64,000 nt of DNA. Origin: Clostridia bacterium. Its GTDB lineage: Bacteria; Bacillota; Clostridia; RGIG6154. Below are positions 27,783-38,914 of this stretch, piece by piece (position 1 is the first letter of the stretch; each line of letters begins with the position of its first letter). The stretch spans positions 8,673 through 72,672 of the forward strand of contig JAFQRW010000022.1 in assembly GCA_017409875.1 (NCBI GenBank), given 5' to 3'. The notes under the pieces are model-generated. The model was not told the DNA's origin. It saw only the letters and a program-made list of their open reading frames with translations, and searched no databases. A program made the translations under genes and the position numbers.

Positions 27783-28633
27783 TTTTCTCTCCTTAAAATT
27801 TCACAAAGCACCTGTGCAGTCTCTTCTACATCAAAAACACTTTCCGGAACATCAAAACCAAGCGCACGGACCTTTGCTAAAACTTTACACATATTAGGAA
27901 CATCAAGTCCCATTTCAAAAAGCTGTTTTTGGTTTTTAAATACTTCTTTAGGGCTTCCGGTAAGTTCAAGTTTTCCTTTATTCATTACAACAAGTTTTGA
28001 TGCGTATTTTGCCATATCCTCCATACTGTGAGAAACTAAAATTACGGTAATTCCTCTCGTTAAGTGAAGATTTTTAATACTTTCAAGTACAGAAATTCTT
28101 CCAGCAGGGTCAAGTCCTGCTGCAGGTTCATCTAAGATAAGAACCTTTGGCTCCATTGCGATAACTCCTGCTAAAGCTACTCGTCTTTTCTGTCCGCCGG
28201 AAAGCTCAAACGGCGATTTTTGCAGCAAATCATAATCAAGGTCGACCATTTTTGCAGCATTGTGAATTTTAATGTCCGCTTCGTCGCCTTTTATTCCATA
28301 ATTATTAAGTCCGAATGCAATATCTTTATATACTGTTTCTTCAAAAAGCTGCGACTCAGGATACTGAAAAACCATACCTACCTCTTGACGTATTTTTCTC
28401 AAATCGGTATTTTTATCAAAAATATCAATGCCGTTATAAATAACAGTACCTTCAGTCGGCTTTAAAATTCCGTTTAAATGCTGAACCAAGGTCGATTTGC
28501 CTGACCCTGTATGCCCTATCATACCAATAAATTCACCATCTTCAAAAGTACAACTTACATTATCAACTGCTACTTTTTCATACGGTCCGTTTTTGCCATA
28601 TATATGTGTTAAGTTTTTTACTTCAATGCTCAT
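27776..28633 (-). CDS. ecfA2: ECF transporter ATPase A2
   Basis: Walker [10 protein letters not shown]; LSGGQKRRV. Confidence 0.85.
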   Translation of the reverse strand: MSIEVKNLTHIYGKNGPYEKVAVDNVSCTFEDGEFIGMIGHTGSGKSTLVQHLNGILKPTEGTVIYNGIDIFDKNTDLRKIRQEVGMVFQYPESQLFEETVYKDIAFGLNNYGIKGDEADIKIHNAAKMVDLDYDLLQKSPFELSGGQKRRVALAGVIAMEPKVLILDEPAAGLDPAGRISVLESIKNLHLTRGITVILVSHSMEDMAKYASKLVVMNKGKLELTGSPKEVFKNQKQLFEMGLDVPNMCKVLAKVRALGFDVPESVFDVEETAQVLCEILRREKC

Positions 28634-29469
28634 TTTCCAATCACAGCCTTAAATCTATCCATAAAATCATCAGTTGTAAGGATTCCGTCTCCAAGATCGA
28701 CGCCTTTTTGCTTTAAAATATACGAAAGTTCTGTAACCTCGGGAACGCCAAGCCTTAACTCCTTCAATCTGTCGACTTGACAAAACACCTCATCAGGCTT
28801 TCCGTCCATAACAACTTTTCCTTCGTCTAAAACAATCACTCTGTCTGCCTGTGCCGCCTCTTCCATATAGTGAGTTATTAAAATAACTGTCATATTAAGC
28901 TCATGATTGAGCTTTTTAATTGTATCCATAACTTCTTTTCTTCCCGAAGGGTCAAGCATAGCAGTAGACTCATCTAAGATAATACACTCCGGCTTCATCG
29001 CAAGAATACCTGCTATTGCAACTCTTTGCTTTTGCCCGCCTGAAAGCATGTGCGGAGCATGGCTTATATATGCTCTCATTCCTACGGCATTTAATGCATC
29101 ATCTACTCTTTTTCTTATTTCTTTTGACTCAACGCCAAGATTCTCAGGCCCAAATGCTATATCTTCTTCAACAATAGTTGCTACCAACTGATTGTCAGGA
29201 TTTTGAAATACCATTCCCGCCTTTTTTCTGATCTCATACAATAAGTTTTCATCAGATGTATCCAATCCGTCAACATAAACCTTGCCGCCCTCAGGAATTA
29301 ATATCGCATTAAAAGTCCTTGCCAAAGTTGATTTCCCTGAGCCGTTATGCCCTAAAAGTGCAACAAACTCCCCCTTTGGAATATCCAAAGAGATATCTTT
29401 TAAAACTTGCGTTTTATTATCTGATTCTTGTTCTTGATAAAAATAAAAAAGATTTTGTGTTTTAATCAT
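28630..29469 (-). CDS. ecfA1: ECF transporter ATPase A1
   Basis: GHNGSGKST; start set at MIKTQ to avoid overlap with the upstream gene. Confidence 0.85.
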   Translation of the reverse strand: MIKTQNLFYFYQEQESDNKTQVLKDISLDIPKGEFVALLGHNGSGKSTLARTFNAILIPEGGKVYVDGLDTSDENLLYEIRKKAGMVFQNPDNQLVATIVEEDIAFGPENLGVESKEIRKRVDDALNAVGMRAYISHAPHMLSGGQKQRVAIAGILAMKPECIILDESTAMLDPSGRKEVMDTIKKLNHELNMTVILITHYMEEAAQADRVIVLDEGKVVMDGKPDEVFCQVDRLKELRLGVPEVTELSYILKQKGVDLGDGILTTDDFMDRFKAVIGK

Positions 29470-29473
29470 ACTG

Positions 29474-30340
29474 TCATTCTCCAAAAATACATCTTGCGGT
29501 AGACCCGCACGGCAAAACAATGCCACCTTCTGTAACCGGCAAGCCAAGTTCATCTGCGTGAATACTTTTTATTTTAAACTTTTTGCCCGCAGTTAAAGTT
29601 AAAATATTAGATAATACTGACGGTGCTAAGCCTGTAGTATATGAATTTATTATAAAAAACAACGGATTGTCATCTAAGACTTTAACACATTCTAAAACCA
29701 GATTATAAAGCTCGTTTTCAAGCTTCCATATTTCACCGCCGGGGCCTCTGCCATACGACGGGGGGTCCATTATAATTGCGTGATACTTGTTTCCTCTGCG
29801 TTGTTCTCTTAAAACAAACTTTAAAACATCATCAACTATATATCTGATAGGCTTATCCGAAAGACCAGATGCTTTTGCGTTATCCTTTGCCCATGCAACC
29901 ATACCCTTTGATGCATCAACATGGCAGACGTTAGCTCCTGCAGCTGCAGCCGCTATAGTTGCACCACCTGTATATGCAAACAGGTTTAACACTTTTATAT
30001 CCCTTTGGCTTTCGGATATCATTTTATCAATAAAATCCCAATTTGCTGCCTGTTCAGGAAACAATCCGGTATGTTTAAAACCAGTAGGTTTTACTATAAA
30101 GCTCAAATTCCTGTAAGAAACATTCCATTGCTCAGGAAGGTCTTTTTTAAAATCCCAGTGTCCTCCGCCTGAAGAGCTTCTTTTATATACACCGTGTGCA
30201 AGATTTTTCTTTGTTATATTTGTTTTCCATATAACCTGAGGGTCAGGCCTTAAAAGAACAAAATTTCCCCAACGTTCAAGCTTGTCCCCGTTACCGGTTT
30301 CTATAACTTCATAATCTTTCCACTTATCTGCTAAAATCAT
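29474..30340 (-). CDS. Class I SAM-dependent RNA methyltransferase (RlmI/YwbD-like)
   Basis: LFAYTGG; DPPSYG. Confidence 0.7.
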   Translation of the reverse strand: MILADKWKDYEVIETGNGDKLERWGNFVLLRPDPQVIWKTNITKKNLAHGVYKRSSSGGGHWDFKKDLPEQWNVSYRNLSFIVKPTGFKHTGLFPEQAANWDFIDKMISESQRDIKVLNLFAYTGGATIAAAAAGANVCHVDASKGMVAWAKDNAKASGLSDKPIRYIVDDVLKFVLREQRRGNKYHAIIMDPPSYGRGPGGEIWKLENELYNLVLECVKVLDDNPLFFIINSYTTGLAPSVLSNILTLTAGKKFKIKSIHADELGLPVTEGGIVLPCGSTARCIFGE

Positions 30341-30351
30341 ACTTTTCTCCG

Positions 30352-31155
30352 TTAAATTTTAAAAATAACATCTGCTATTGCATGCTCGTTATTATTCTTT
30401 GTAATTTTATCTGCTGCGTTTTTCAGGTTTTCTGTTGCGTTTAAAGTCGCATATCCAAGTCCTGATACTTGTATCATTTCAATATCGTTATCGTTATCTC
30501 CCACCGAAATAACATTTTTTAAATCTAACCTTAAGAGTGTGCAAAGTTCTTTGAGTGCTTTGCCCTTGCTTATATCTTTCCTTAAAATTTCATAATACCA
30601 CGGATGAGATTTTAAAAGCTTATACTCATTCTGATAAGGTGAGTTTTTAAGTGCTTTGTCCAAAACGTCCGTTTGTGCTTCTTCCTGAGCAAATAAAATC
30701 TTGATAATGGGACCCTCAACTTCATCAATAGCACAATCCAAGTGAGATGCACAAGGAATTTTTTCCTCAATTTCATGTCTTTTTGTGGCGTTGTTTTCTT
30801 TTAAAAATACAATATCAAAAAGTCTGTAATACTCTATACCTACAAAATCAAAGTTATTTACAATATCCTTAACAATTTCTATCGCGCGCCTGTCAATTTC
30901 CTTGTAGCTCACATATTTTTTTGTATGAACATCAAAGATTGCGCTCCCATTTTGACAAATAACAGGCACTTTAATAAACTCATTTAAAACCTTTGGAATT
31001 GTAAACGGTATTCTTCCTGTTGCAACTGTAAATACACCGCCGTATTGCGTGAAGTACTTAATCGCTTCAAGATTTTCTCTTGATACTTCATTATTATCGT
31101 TTGTGAGAGTAGCATCTATATCGCTGCAAAGTAAAAGTCCGTCAAATTTTTTCAT
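30352..31155 (-). CDS. Cof-type HAD-IIB hydrolase
   Basis: DIDATL; GDNDNDIEM. Confidence 0.8.
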   Translation of the reverse strand: MKKFDGLLLCSDIDATLTNDNNEVSRENLEAIKYFTQYGGVFTVATGRIPFTIPKVLNEFIKVPVICQNGSAIFDVHTKKYVSYKEIDRRAIEIVKDIVNNFDFVGIEYYRLFDIVFLKENNATKRHEIEEKIPCASHLDCAIDEVEGPIIKILFAQEEAQTDVLDKALKNSPYQNEYKLLKSHPWYYEILRKDISKGKALKELCTLLRLDLKNVISVGDNDNDIEMIQVSGLGYATLNATENLKNAADKITKNNNEHAIADVIFKI

Positions 31156-31163
31156 TTTTTCTC

Positions 31164-32990
31164 CTAAATTTTGTTTAAAACCCTGTAGTTATTAACTTTT
31201 ATCAACAGCTTAAATGCAAGTGATAAAAGCACTGCAAGCCATACTGCACTTGAGCCATTTAAAACCATTATAAAAAGTATAATTTTTAAAATCAGTTCAA
31301 ATATAAAGTTAATTACAATCAGTGCCTTTGTATTTACCAAAATACCTATATAACGGGCAGCTGCCGATAGCTCTTCAACACTAAAGTTTGCATCAAACCT
31401 CAAATCAGGCTCATAATCATAGGTGATAACAGGTGCTCCGCTTAGAAGCTCGGCATCTATACCATCTGCCAATACAAGCCACTTTTTTCCTAACCCGTCA
31501 ATCTGGTCTTTAATTTCCTGTCTCGAAAGGTCGCCAAAGGCAGCCGACATACCACAGCTTATTGCTGCAGTATCTGCAGTTCTTTGACTTTCAACAGATA
31601 ACACCGCTGTTTTTTTAATTCCTAATAACCTTAGTGCATCTATAGCTTGTTTTGCGTTGTCTTTTACTGCGTGTTCAAACTCAACATACCCAATGTATTC
31701 ACCGTTTACGGCAACACAAATTTTATTAATGTCGTTTGGTATATCAGTACGTATACCCACTTTTAAGAGTGAATCAGCAGGACCTGACAATACCTCAATG
31801 CCATCCATTTTTATAATGGCTGTATTATCATCAAGCTTCATGTGGTTTTTAATTTGCCTTTTGTCAACGTTTTTTCCAAGCAATTTAACGCACGCACTAA
31901 GTATACCTTTATTTATCTTGTACTGAGAATATGCAGTAAATACCAAAAGCTCGTCTTTAGTTGTTTTTTTGCTGGGATATACTGCCTTTACAGATGGAAA
32001 TCTGTTTGTAATTACTCCCCTTGTAAAGAATGCTATATTTTTTACAAAAAGAGTTTTTTCGATAAACTTATTTTTTGAAATTACAATTCCTTTTTGTGCA
32101 GACCTTAACACTGCAGTTTTATACCCATCGGGTATTATGCTTTGAAGACCTGAAAATGATGCAAATACAAACACAATCGGAACAGTATAAATAAAATATT
32201 CCCAATCGCTGATATTTTTAGCGAATTTTATACCGCAGAATATCCAAAGTGCTGCAATAAAAAGAATTGACAAAATATTAAAAACAATCAATCCATAGCT
32301 TTCAAGCTTAGTTTTGCCACTGGATGCTCCATTTGTTTTTTCAACTGATTTAGCAAGCTTGCTGGTAAGCACAGAAGTTGTAGCCTCAACAATGATATGC
32401 CCGTTTAAAAGAGTGTATCCTGCAAAAACCTCTACACCTTTTGTAGCAGTAATAGCCTTGCTGTCACCGCTTACATTAACGACACTGATTGTACCTGTCC
32501 CTGCTTTGATAACGCCATCTACAGGCATAACCTCTCCAGAAAAGAGTTCAACAAAGTCCCCGTGATATATATCAAGTGAATTAACGATTTCTGAGTTTCT
32601 GTCTACAACTGTGTGATACTTTTTTTCTTTAATTTCTTCAAAAAGCTCTGTAAGGTCAGATTCTAAATTAAATACTGTGTCCATAGCAGACGCTGAAAAA
32701 GAATATAAAAGCGCACACCAAAGAGCATTTGAATTCTTCCCGCAAATCAGAAGATAAACAAATGCTGCAAGACACATAAAATCAAGACCAAAATATTTTT
32801 TTGCTTTAAAGTCCGAAACCACAAACTTAAATCTCGGGAACATAACTAAAATTAAAGCAAAAATGTTAAACAGGGTATTTAAAAAATTATCAAAACTAAA
32901 TGACAAAAAGAACAAAATAACCCCAAGTGACATTAAAAAGCTGTTGAAAACCTTAAAATCCACCTTTACTTTTTTAAATTTTATATTCAT
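31164..32990 (-). CDS. P-type-ATPase-like membrane protein with degenerate catalytic motifs
   Basis: 608 aa; TGES is replaced by SGDS, DKTGT by FTRGV, and GDGxND by ADGIDAE. Confidence 0.6.
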   Translation of the reverse strand: MNIKFKKVKVDFKVFNSFLMSLGVILFFLSFSFDNFLNTLFNIFALILVMFPRFKFVVSDFKAKKYFGLDFMCLAAFVYLLICGKNSNALWCALLYSFSASAMDTVFNLESDLTELFEEIKEKKYHTVVDRNSEIVNSLDIYHGDFVELFSGEVMPVDGVIKAGTGTISVVNVSGDSKAITATKGVEVFAGYTLLNGHIIVEATTSVLTSKLAKSVEKTNGASSGKTKLESYGLIVFNILSILFIAALWIFCGIKFAKNISDWEYFIYTVPIVFVFASFSGLQSIIPDGYKTAVLRSAQKGIVISKNKFIEKTLFVKNIAFFTRGVITNRFPSVKAVYPSKKTTKDELLVFTAYSQYKINKGILSACVKLLGKNVDKRQIKNHMKLDDNTAIIKMDGIEVLSGPADSLLKVGIRTDIPNDINKICVAVNGEYIGYVEFEHAVKDNAKQAIDALRLLGIKKTAVLSVESQRTADTAAISCGMSAAFGDLSRQEIKDQIDGLGKKWLVLADGIDAELLSGAPVITYDYEPDLRFDANFSVEELSAAARYIGILVNTKALIVINFIFELILKIILFIMVLNGSSAVWLAVLLSLAFKLLIKVNNYRVLNKI

Positions 32991-33019
32991 TAAACTTCAC
33001 CCGTCAAATTAAAATAGAT

Positions 33020-33056
33020 AAAAACAAGCCCCAAGAAAATGCTCTTGGGGCTTTAC
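33020..33056 (-). terminator. Terminator after tRNA-Gly
   Basis: GCCCCAAGAG...CTTGGGGC hairpin followed by a T-run. Confidence 0.6.
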
Positions 33057-33057
33057 A

Positions 33058-33131
33058 TGGAGCGGAAGACGAGATTCGAACTCGCGACGTTCACCTTGGC
33101 AAGGTGACGCTCTACCACTGAGCCACTCCCG
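33058..33131 (-). tRNA. tRNA-Gly (GCC)
   Basis: GCGGGAGTGGCTCAGTGGTAGAGCGTCACCTTGCCAAGGTGAACGTCGCGAGTTCGAATCTCGTCTTCCGCTCCA. Confidence 0.85.
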
Positions 33132-33220
33132 CATGTTGTCTTGAACAAGAAATATAATACCATATTTTTAAGTATTTGTAAAGGGTTTTTTGAAAAAAAA
33201 CACAATTTTTTCATTTTTAA

Positions 33221-33254
33221 AAAGCACGGTGCTATCTAGCACCGTGCTTTTATA
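33221..33254. terminator. Bidirectional terminator
   Basis: AGCACGGTGCTA / TAGCACCGTGCT hairpin flanked by T and A runs. Confidence 0.7.
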
Positions 33255-33261
33255 GTTTTTA

Positions 33262-36200
33262 TTATTCACCAGCGTAAAGATCTTTAAGCTTAAGTAAGTG
33301 GTTATACTTATCTTTTGCAATCTTTTCTGCTTCTGTGAAGAGATCTTCAGCACGTTCTGGGAACTTACGAGCAAGTGAGCTGTAACGAACTTCGTTCATG
33401 ATGAAGTCTCTGTATGATTCTGTAGGATCCTTTGAGTCAAGTGAGAACTTAACTTCAGCTTCAGGATTGAATCTGAATGTATGCCAGTAACCGCACTTAA
33501 CTGCATTGTCAATAATCTTTTGAGTATCTGTCATACCGCCCTTGATACCATGGTTGATACAAGGAGCATAACCGATAATGATTGAAGGACCGTTGTAATC
33601 AACAGCTTCTTTAATAGCTTTAACTGTCTGAGCATTGTCATAACCGAGTGCTACCTGAGCAACGTATACATAACCATAGCTCATAGCGATTTCAGCCAAG
33701 TTTTTCTTTCTGATTGGCTTACCGCCTGCAGCAAACTGTGCAACTGCACCTGTAGGTGTAGCTTTTGAAGCCTGACCGCCTGTATTTGAGTAAACTTCAG
33801 TATCAAATACCATGATGTTTACATCTTCGCCTGATGCGATTACATGGTCAAGGCCGCCAAATCCGATATCATAAGCCCAACCGTCACCGCCGAATATCCA
33901 AACTGCTTTTTTAGCAAGGTATTCTTTAAAGTCTAAAACTGCTTTAGCTTCATCACTTCCGCATTTTTCAAGAGCTGCGATTAAATCAAGTGTAGGCTGA
34001 ACGTTAGCATCAATATCTTCATAAGTATCGAGCCATGTCTGTCTTGCTTCTTTAACAGCGTCACACTCTAAAGCTAAAATCTGTTCTTTAAGTCTTGTTC
34101 TGATTCTCTTCTGACCTACTGCCATACCAAGACCGTGTTCTGCGTTATCTTCAAACAATGAGTTTGCCCAAGCAGGGCCGTGACCTTTGTGGTTTACAGT
34201 ATATGGTGTTGAAGGAGCACTACCACCCCAGATTGAAGAACAACCTGTTGCGTTTGAGATATAAGCTCTGTCACCACAAATCTGTGTGATGAGTTTTGCA
34301 TAAGGTGTTTCACCGCAGCCTGCGCAAGCGCCTGAGAATTCCAAGAGTGGCTGACGGAACTGTGAATTTTTAACATTGAGTGGTGCTGATAAAAGTTCAG
34401 GTTTAACTGATACTTTAACACCGTAATCAAATGCTTCTTGTTTATCCATCTGAGTTGCGATTGGCTTCATTGTAAGAGCAGATTCTTTAGCAGGACAAAC
34501 CTTAGCACAGTTTCCGCATCCTGAACAGTCAAGAGTTGATACAATAATACCAAACTCATAGCTTTCCATTCCTTTACCAATCATCTTCTTGTGTGCAAGT
34601 GATGCAGGAGCATTCTTAACTTCTGCTTCATTTAATACAACAGGACGAATTGCAGCATGAGGACAAACAAGTGCACACTTGTTACACTGGATACATTTTG
34701 TAACATCCCATTCAGGAACGTCTACTGCAATACCACGTTTTTCGTAAGCTGCCATACCCTGTTCTAAGTGACCATCTACCATATTCATAAAGGTAGAAAC
34801 AGGGAGTTTGTCACCTGCCTGTGCATTACATGGGTCTAAGATATTCTTAACGTATGCAGGAACATCTTTTTCTGCTTTCTTTTCTTCTGTAGCTGTTTTC
34901 CAGTCAGCAGGGATTTCAATCTTGTTGATGTTTTCTGAACCCTTAGTAATAGCTTCGTGGTTCATATTAACAATCTTTTCACCTTTTTTGCTGAACTTCT
35001 TAACAACAGCAGCTTTCATATACTCAACAGCTTCTTCGAACGGAATAACGTTTGCAAGCTTGAAGAATGCAGACTGAAGTACGATAGAAGTTTTGTTGCC
35101 GAGGCCAATTTCTTTTGCAATACCGATAGCATCGATTGTATAAAGATTAATGTCGTTTTCAGCAATGTATTTCTTCATAGCACCAGGAAGGTTTGCTGAC
35201 AATTCATCTGTGTTCCAAGCACAGTTTAATAAGAATGTGCCACCAGGAACCAAATCCTGAACCATATCGTATTTATCAACGTATGAAGGATTGTGGCAAG
35301 CAACAAAGTTTGCCTTATTGATAAGGTATGTTGATTTAATAGGCTTTTTACCAAATCTCAAGTGAGATACTGTAATACCGCCTGACTTTTTAGAATCGTA
35401 TGAGAAATATGCCTGAGCAAAGAGGTCTGTGTGGTCACCAATGATTTTGATTGAATCTTTATTAGCACCAACAGTACCGTCTGAACCAAGACCCCAGAAC
35501 TTACAAGCAGAGTTGCCTTCAGCTGATGTAACAGGGTTTTCTACTCTTGGGAGTGAAAGGTTTGTAACATCATCTGTGATTGAAAGTGTAAATCCTTTAA
35601 CAGGTTCTTTTGCGTCAAGATTTTTGTATGTTGCGATAATATCTGCAGGGATAGTGTCTTTTGAACCAAGACCGTATCTTCCGCCAACAATCTCAGGAGC
35701 ATTGCTGTTACCTGCATAGCAAGCGCAAACATCGAGGTATAAAGGTTCACCGATTGAACCAGGTTCTTTTGTTCTGTCTAAAACTGCAATCTTCTTACAT
35801 GTAGCAGGTACTGCTTTTAAGAATGCTTCAACAGGGAAAGGTCTATAAAGACGAATCTTGATAAGACCAACTTTTTCGCCTTTAGCTGTCAAATAGTCGA
35901 TTGTTTCTTCAATAGTTTCGCAAACTGAACCCATTGCAACAATAACTTTTTCAGCATCAGGTGCACCATAGTAGTTAACCAAGCCATAGTTTGTACCAAT
36001 TTTAGCATTAACTTTGTTCATATATTCTTCAACTACTGCAGGTACGTTGTTGTAGTATTCATTACAAGCTTCTCTGTTCTGGAAGAAGATATCAGGGTTC
36101 TGAGCTGAACCGCGAAGTACCGGGCGCTCAGGATTTAATGCATTGTTTCTGAACGCTTTAACAGCATCCATATCTACCATTTCTTTTAAATCTTCATAAT

Positions 36201-36759
36201 CCCAAACTTCGATTTTATCAATTTCGTGAGAAGTTCTGAAACCATCAAAGAAATGAAGGAAAGGAACTTTGCCTTTAATTGCAGCAAGGTGTGCAACAGC
36301 GCCAAGGTCCATAACTTCCTGAGGGCTGTTTGAGCAAAGCATTGCATAACCTGTCTGGCGGCATGCCATAACGTCTGAATGATCACCGAAAATGTTAAGA
36401 GCGTGTGAAGCTACACATCTTGCACTAACGTGAATAACAGAAGGTAAAAGCTCACCTGCCATTTTATACATATTCGGAATCATAAGTAACAAGCCCTGTG
36501 ATGCGGTATATGTTGTTGTAAGTGCGCCTGCTGCAAGTGAACCGTGAACTGCACCGGCTGCACCAGCTTCTGACTGCATCTCAACAACCTGTACCGGTTG
36601 TCCGAAAATGTTATTTCTTTTTTCTACTGCCCATTCATCAGTTACTTCTGCCATAACAGATGATGGTGTGATTGGGTAAATAGCTGCAACATCAGTAAAC
36701 GCATAAGACGCCCAAGCGGCAGCATTATTACCATCCATGGTTTTCATTTTTCTTGCCAT
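33262..36759 (-). CDS. nifJ: Pyruvate:ferredoxin (flavodoxin) oxidoreductase
   Basis: About 1165 aa; TPP-binding and 4Fe-4S motifs (CIQCNKCALVCPHAAI). Confidence 0.9.
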   Translation of the reverse strand: MARKMKTMDGNNAAAWASYAFTDVAAIYPITPSSVMAEVTDEWAVEKRNNIFGQPVQVVEMQSEAGAAGAVHGSLAAGALTTTYTASQGLLLMIPNMYKMAGELLPSVIHVSARCVASHALNIFGDHSDVMACRQTGYAMLCSNSPQEVMDLGAVAHLAAIKGKVPFLHFFDGFRTSHEIDKIEVWDYEDLKEMVDMDAVKAFRNNALNPERPVLRGSAQNPDIFFQNREACNEYYNNVPAVVEEYMNKVNAKIGTNYGLVNYYGAPDAEKVIVAMGSVCETIEETIDYLTAKGEKVGLIKIRLYRPFPVEAFLKAVPATCKKIAVLDRTKEPGSIGEPLYLDVCACYAGNSNAPEIVGGRYGLGSKDTIPADIIATYKNLDAKEPVKGFTLSITDDVTNLSLPRVENPVTSAEGNSACKFWGLGSDGTVGANKDSIKIIGDHTDLFAQAYFSYDSKKSGGITVSHLRFGKKPIKSTYLINKANFVACHNPSYVDKYDMVQDLVPGGTFLLNCAWNTDELSANLPGAMKKYIAENDINLYTIDAIGIAKEIGLGNKTSIVLQSAFFKLANVIPFEEAVEYMKAAVVKKFSKKGEKIVNMNHEAITKGSENINKIEIPADWKTATEEKKAEKDVPAYVKNILDPCNAQAGDKLPVSTFMNMVDGHLEQGMAAYEKRGIAVDVPEWDVTKCIQCNKCALVCPHAAIRPVVLNEAEVKNAPASLAHKKMIGKGMESYEFGIIVSTLDCSGCGNCAKVCPAKESALTMKPIATQMDKQEAFDYGVKVSVKPELLSAPLNVKNSQFRQPLLEFSGACAGCGETPYAKLITQICGDRAYISNATGCSSIWGGSAPSTPYTVNHKGHGPAWANSLFEDNAEHGLGMAVGQKRIRTRLKEQILALECDAVKEARQTWLDTYEDIDANVQPTLDLIAALEKCGSDEAKAVLDFKEYLAKKAVWIFGGDGWAYDIGFGGLDHVIASGEDVNIMVFDTEVYSNTGGQASKATPTGAVAQFAAGGKPIRKKNLAEIAMSYGYVYVAQVALGYDNAQTVKAIKEAVDYNGPSIIIGYAPCINHGIKGGMTDTQKIIDNAVKCGYWHTFRFNPEAEVKFSLDSKDPTESYRDFIMNEVRYSSLARKFPERAEDLFTEAEKIAKDKYNHLLKLKDLYAGE

Positions 36760-36909
36760 GATAAAGACTCCTTTCAACATTATATGTGAATTAAATTTGT
36801 GTAATATTCAAAGTGTAGAACATAAGTAAATATCTTTTACACTCAAAGTATATTATAGCACAAATTGTCGTTGTTTGTAAACACATTTTTAAAATTTGTT
36901 TATATTTTT

Positions 36910-37902
36910 TTATTGCTGTACAACAACTTCAAAACCATCTTGTACCTCGAGGAGCTTTGAATACAGTCCTTTACTCATATAAATCTTATTTTGAGCAACT
37001 ACCATATATTCAAAATCTTGTCCATTTTTATACAGTTCTTGTGCAAGTGAAAGTCCTGAAACTGCAACAGCAGTAGAAAAAGCATCACAAGCGGCAGCAT
37101 TTTTTCCTACTATAGTTACTTGTGATACACCACTGTTTGCAGGATAACCCGTTTTGGGGTCTAAAATATGGTGATAAACTTTTTCGCCAACTTTAAAATT
37201 TCTCTCATAAAACCCTGATGACACAACTGCAGCATCACTGATACTTAACACGCACACAGTGTCTCCCCTTGTTGAGAATGGGTTTTGTATGCCTATTTTG
37301 AGTGGCTTGTTTTCACTGTAAGCATAGATATTTCCGCCAAGGTCAAGCAAAAACTTTTTAACTCCGCGCTCTTTTAATCCACCAGAAATAACGTCTGTAG
37401 CATAGCCTTTTGCAACAGCGCCCAAATCAAGCTGAATTCCTCCGCTTAAAACAGCCTTACCGTCATTTATTTCAAGATTGTTCATCCCTGTTTTAAAAAG
37501 TGCTTCTTTTATTTCATTTTCTGCAGGAATTTTAGGATTTTCGGCACCAATATCCCACAAATCTTTCAAATTCTTTAAAGTTATATCAAAGTTGCCGTCA
37601 GTCAGCTTTGAATATTCTATTGATTTATTTAGAATTTCTGCCATTTCCCTTGAAAGTTTTTTACCGCCAAATCTGTTTATTTCGTAAAGCTCGCTGTTTT
37701 TATCATAGGCATTAAAGATTTTATCAAGCCTTTCAATTTCCTGCTTAGCATATTCTAAATTCTTTTTATTTCCTGTAGTTTTTATGGTTATCATTGTATC
37801 CATAGAAAAAACAGTAGCAGACTTAAACTCTGACATATACCTTGCCAGAGCACCTATGAACAGAGCTAAAATTATAACAACTGCAAAAAGCTTTTTTTTC
37901 AT
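36910..37902 (-). CDS. apbE: FAD:protein FMN transferase
   Basis: ApbE family; GGAGG RBS before MKKKL. Confidence 0.85.
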   Translation of the reverse strand: MKKKLFAVVIILALFIGALARYMSEFKSATVFSMDTMITIKTTGNKKNLEYAKQEIERLDKIFNAYDKNSELYEINRFGGKKLSREMAEILNKSIEYSKLTDGNFDITLKNLKDLWDIGAENPKIPAENEIKEALFKTGMNNLEINDGKAVLSGGIQLDLGAVAKGYATDVISGGLKERGVKKFLLDLGGNIYAYSENKPLKIGIQNPFSTRGDTVCVLSISDAAVVSSGFYERNFKVGEKVYHHILDPKTGYPANSGVSQVTIVGKNAAACDAFSTAVAVSGLSLAQELYKNGQDFEYMVVAQNKIYMSKGLYSKLLEVQDGFEVVVQQ

Positions 37903-37968
37903 AAAAAACCTCCGCAAAACGAATTACACATTAATTGTATCACATTTGCGGAGATTTTTAAATATTTT

Positions 37969-38811
37969 TTATTCAATTTGCATAATTTTCAGTTTATCTT
38001 TATCGCAAGGAATTTTAATCAGGTATTCAATAAAGTTTTTATTCTCCTTTTTGCTGGTTTCTACCATAACGCCTGCTTTTTGAACTACATCTACCGCCTT
38101 GTTAATTGTATTTATGAACATTCTAAGATGTACAACTCCCATCATTTTACCGCTTTCTTTTGTTCTTTCAAGCTCTACTTTTTCTATTGCCTTTTCAACC
38201 AACTCTTCGGTTTTTGCAACATTATACTCATTTTCGCACACCTGCTTTAAAATTTTAAGCTGAGTGTGCTCATCATGCACTTTTAAAAGTGCTCTTGCGT
38301 GGCGTTCAGTTAAATTCTTTTCTCTTAAAATTTCTCTTACACTTTCAGGAAGCTTTAAAATTCTTAGTCTGTTTGCAACTGCTGACTGACTTTTACCAAG
38401 CTTTTCTGCAACTTCTTCTTGTGTATACTTGTGGTCGCAAATAAGATGATGCATAGCCTCTGCTTCTTCCCAGTAACTAAGATCTGCACGTTGCAGATTT
38501 TCCAAAAGCGCAATCACAGCAGAATCATTTTCTGTAACGTCAATTACAATGCATGGCATATGCGTAAAGTTTACAAGTCTTGACGCTTTAAGACGCCGTT
38601 CTCCCGAAATAAGCTCATATCCGCCTATAAAGTTTTTTCTTACGGTTATGGGCTGAATAACCCCGTATTGCTTAATACTTTTTGCAAGCTCTGCTATTGC
38701 ATCAGAATCGAAATTTTTTCTTGGTTGATATGGGTTTAAAGAAATTTTATCTATTGGTATTTCAACCACATTATTTACAACTTTTTCGCTTGCAGCCGAT
38801 GAGTTTTTCAT
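37969..38811 (-). CDS. ParB/Noc-family protein (orphan, no parA adjacent)
   Basis: GERRLKAS ParB box; C-terminal HTH. Confidence 0.75.
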   Translation of the reverse strand: MKNSSAASEKVVNNVVEIPIDKISLNPYQPRKNFDSDAIAELAKSIKQYGVIQPITVRKNFIGGYELISGERRLKASRLVNFTHMPCIVIDVTENDSAVIALLENLQRADLSYWEEAEAMHHLICDHKYTQEEVAEKLGKSQSAVANRLRILKLPESVREILREKNLTERHARALLKVHDEHTQLKILKQVCENEYNVAKTEELVEKAIEKVELERTKESGKMMGVVHLRMFINTINKAVDVVQKAGVMVETSKKENKNFIEYLIKIPCDKDKLKIMQIE

Positions 38812-38914
38812 ACGTTTTCCTCCTTGGTATTTATGGGTATATTTTATCATATTTACCAAAATTTGGAAACAAAAACATATTGCTAAAAACTCTTAAAAAA
38901 TTACAAAAGAGCCT

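Noticed and set aside
34194-35750. Several 70-96-aa ORFs inside the PFOR gene, on both strands
   Set aside because: They are nested within a 1165-aa conserved gene and are overprinting artefacts.
36781-36909. Possible Rex-type operator near the PFOR promoter (TGTTTGTAAACA)
   Set aside because: The palindrome is imperfect and overlaps the -35 of a TTTACA-17-TATAAT promoter, so the evidence is insufficient.
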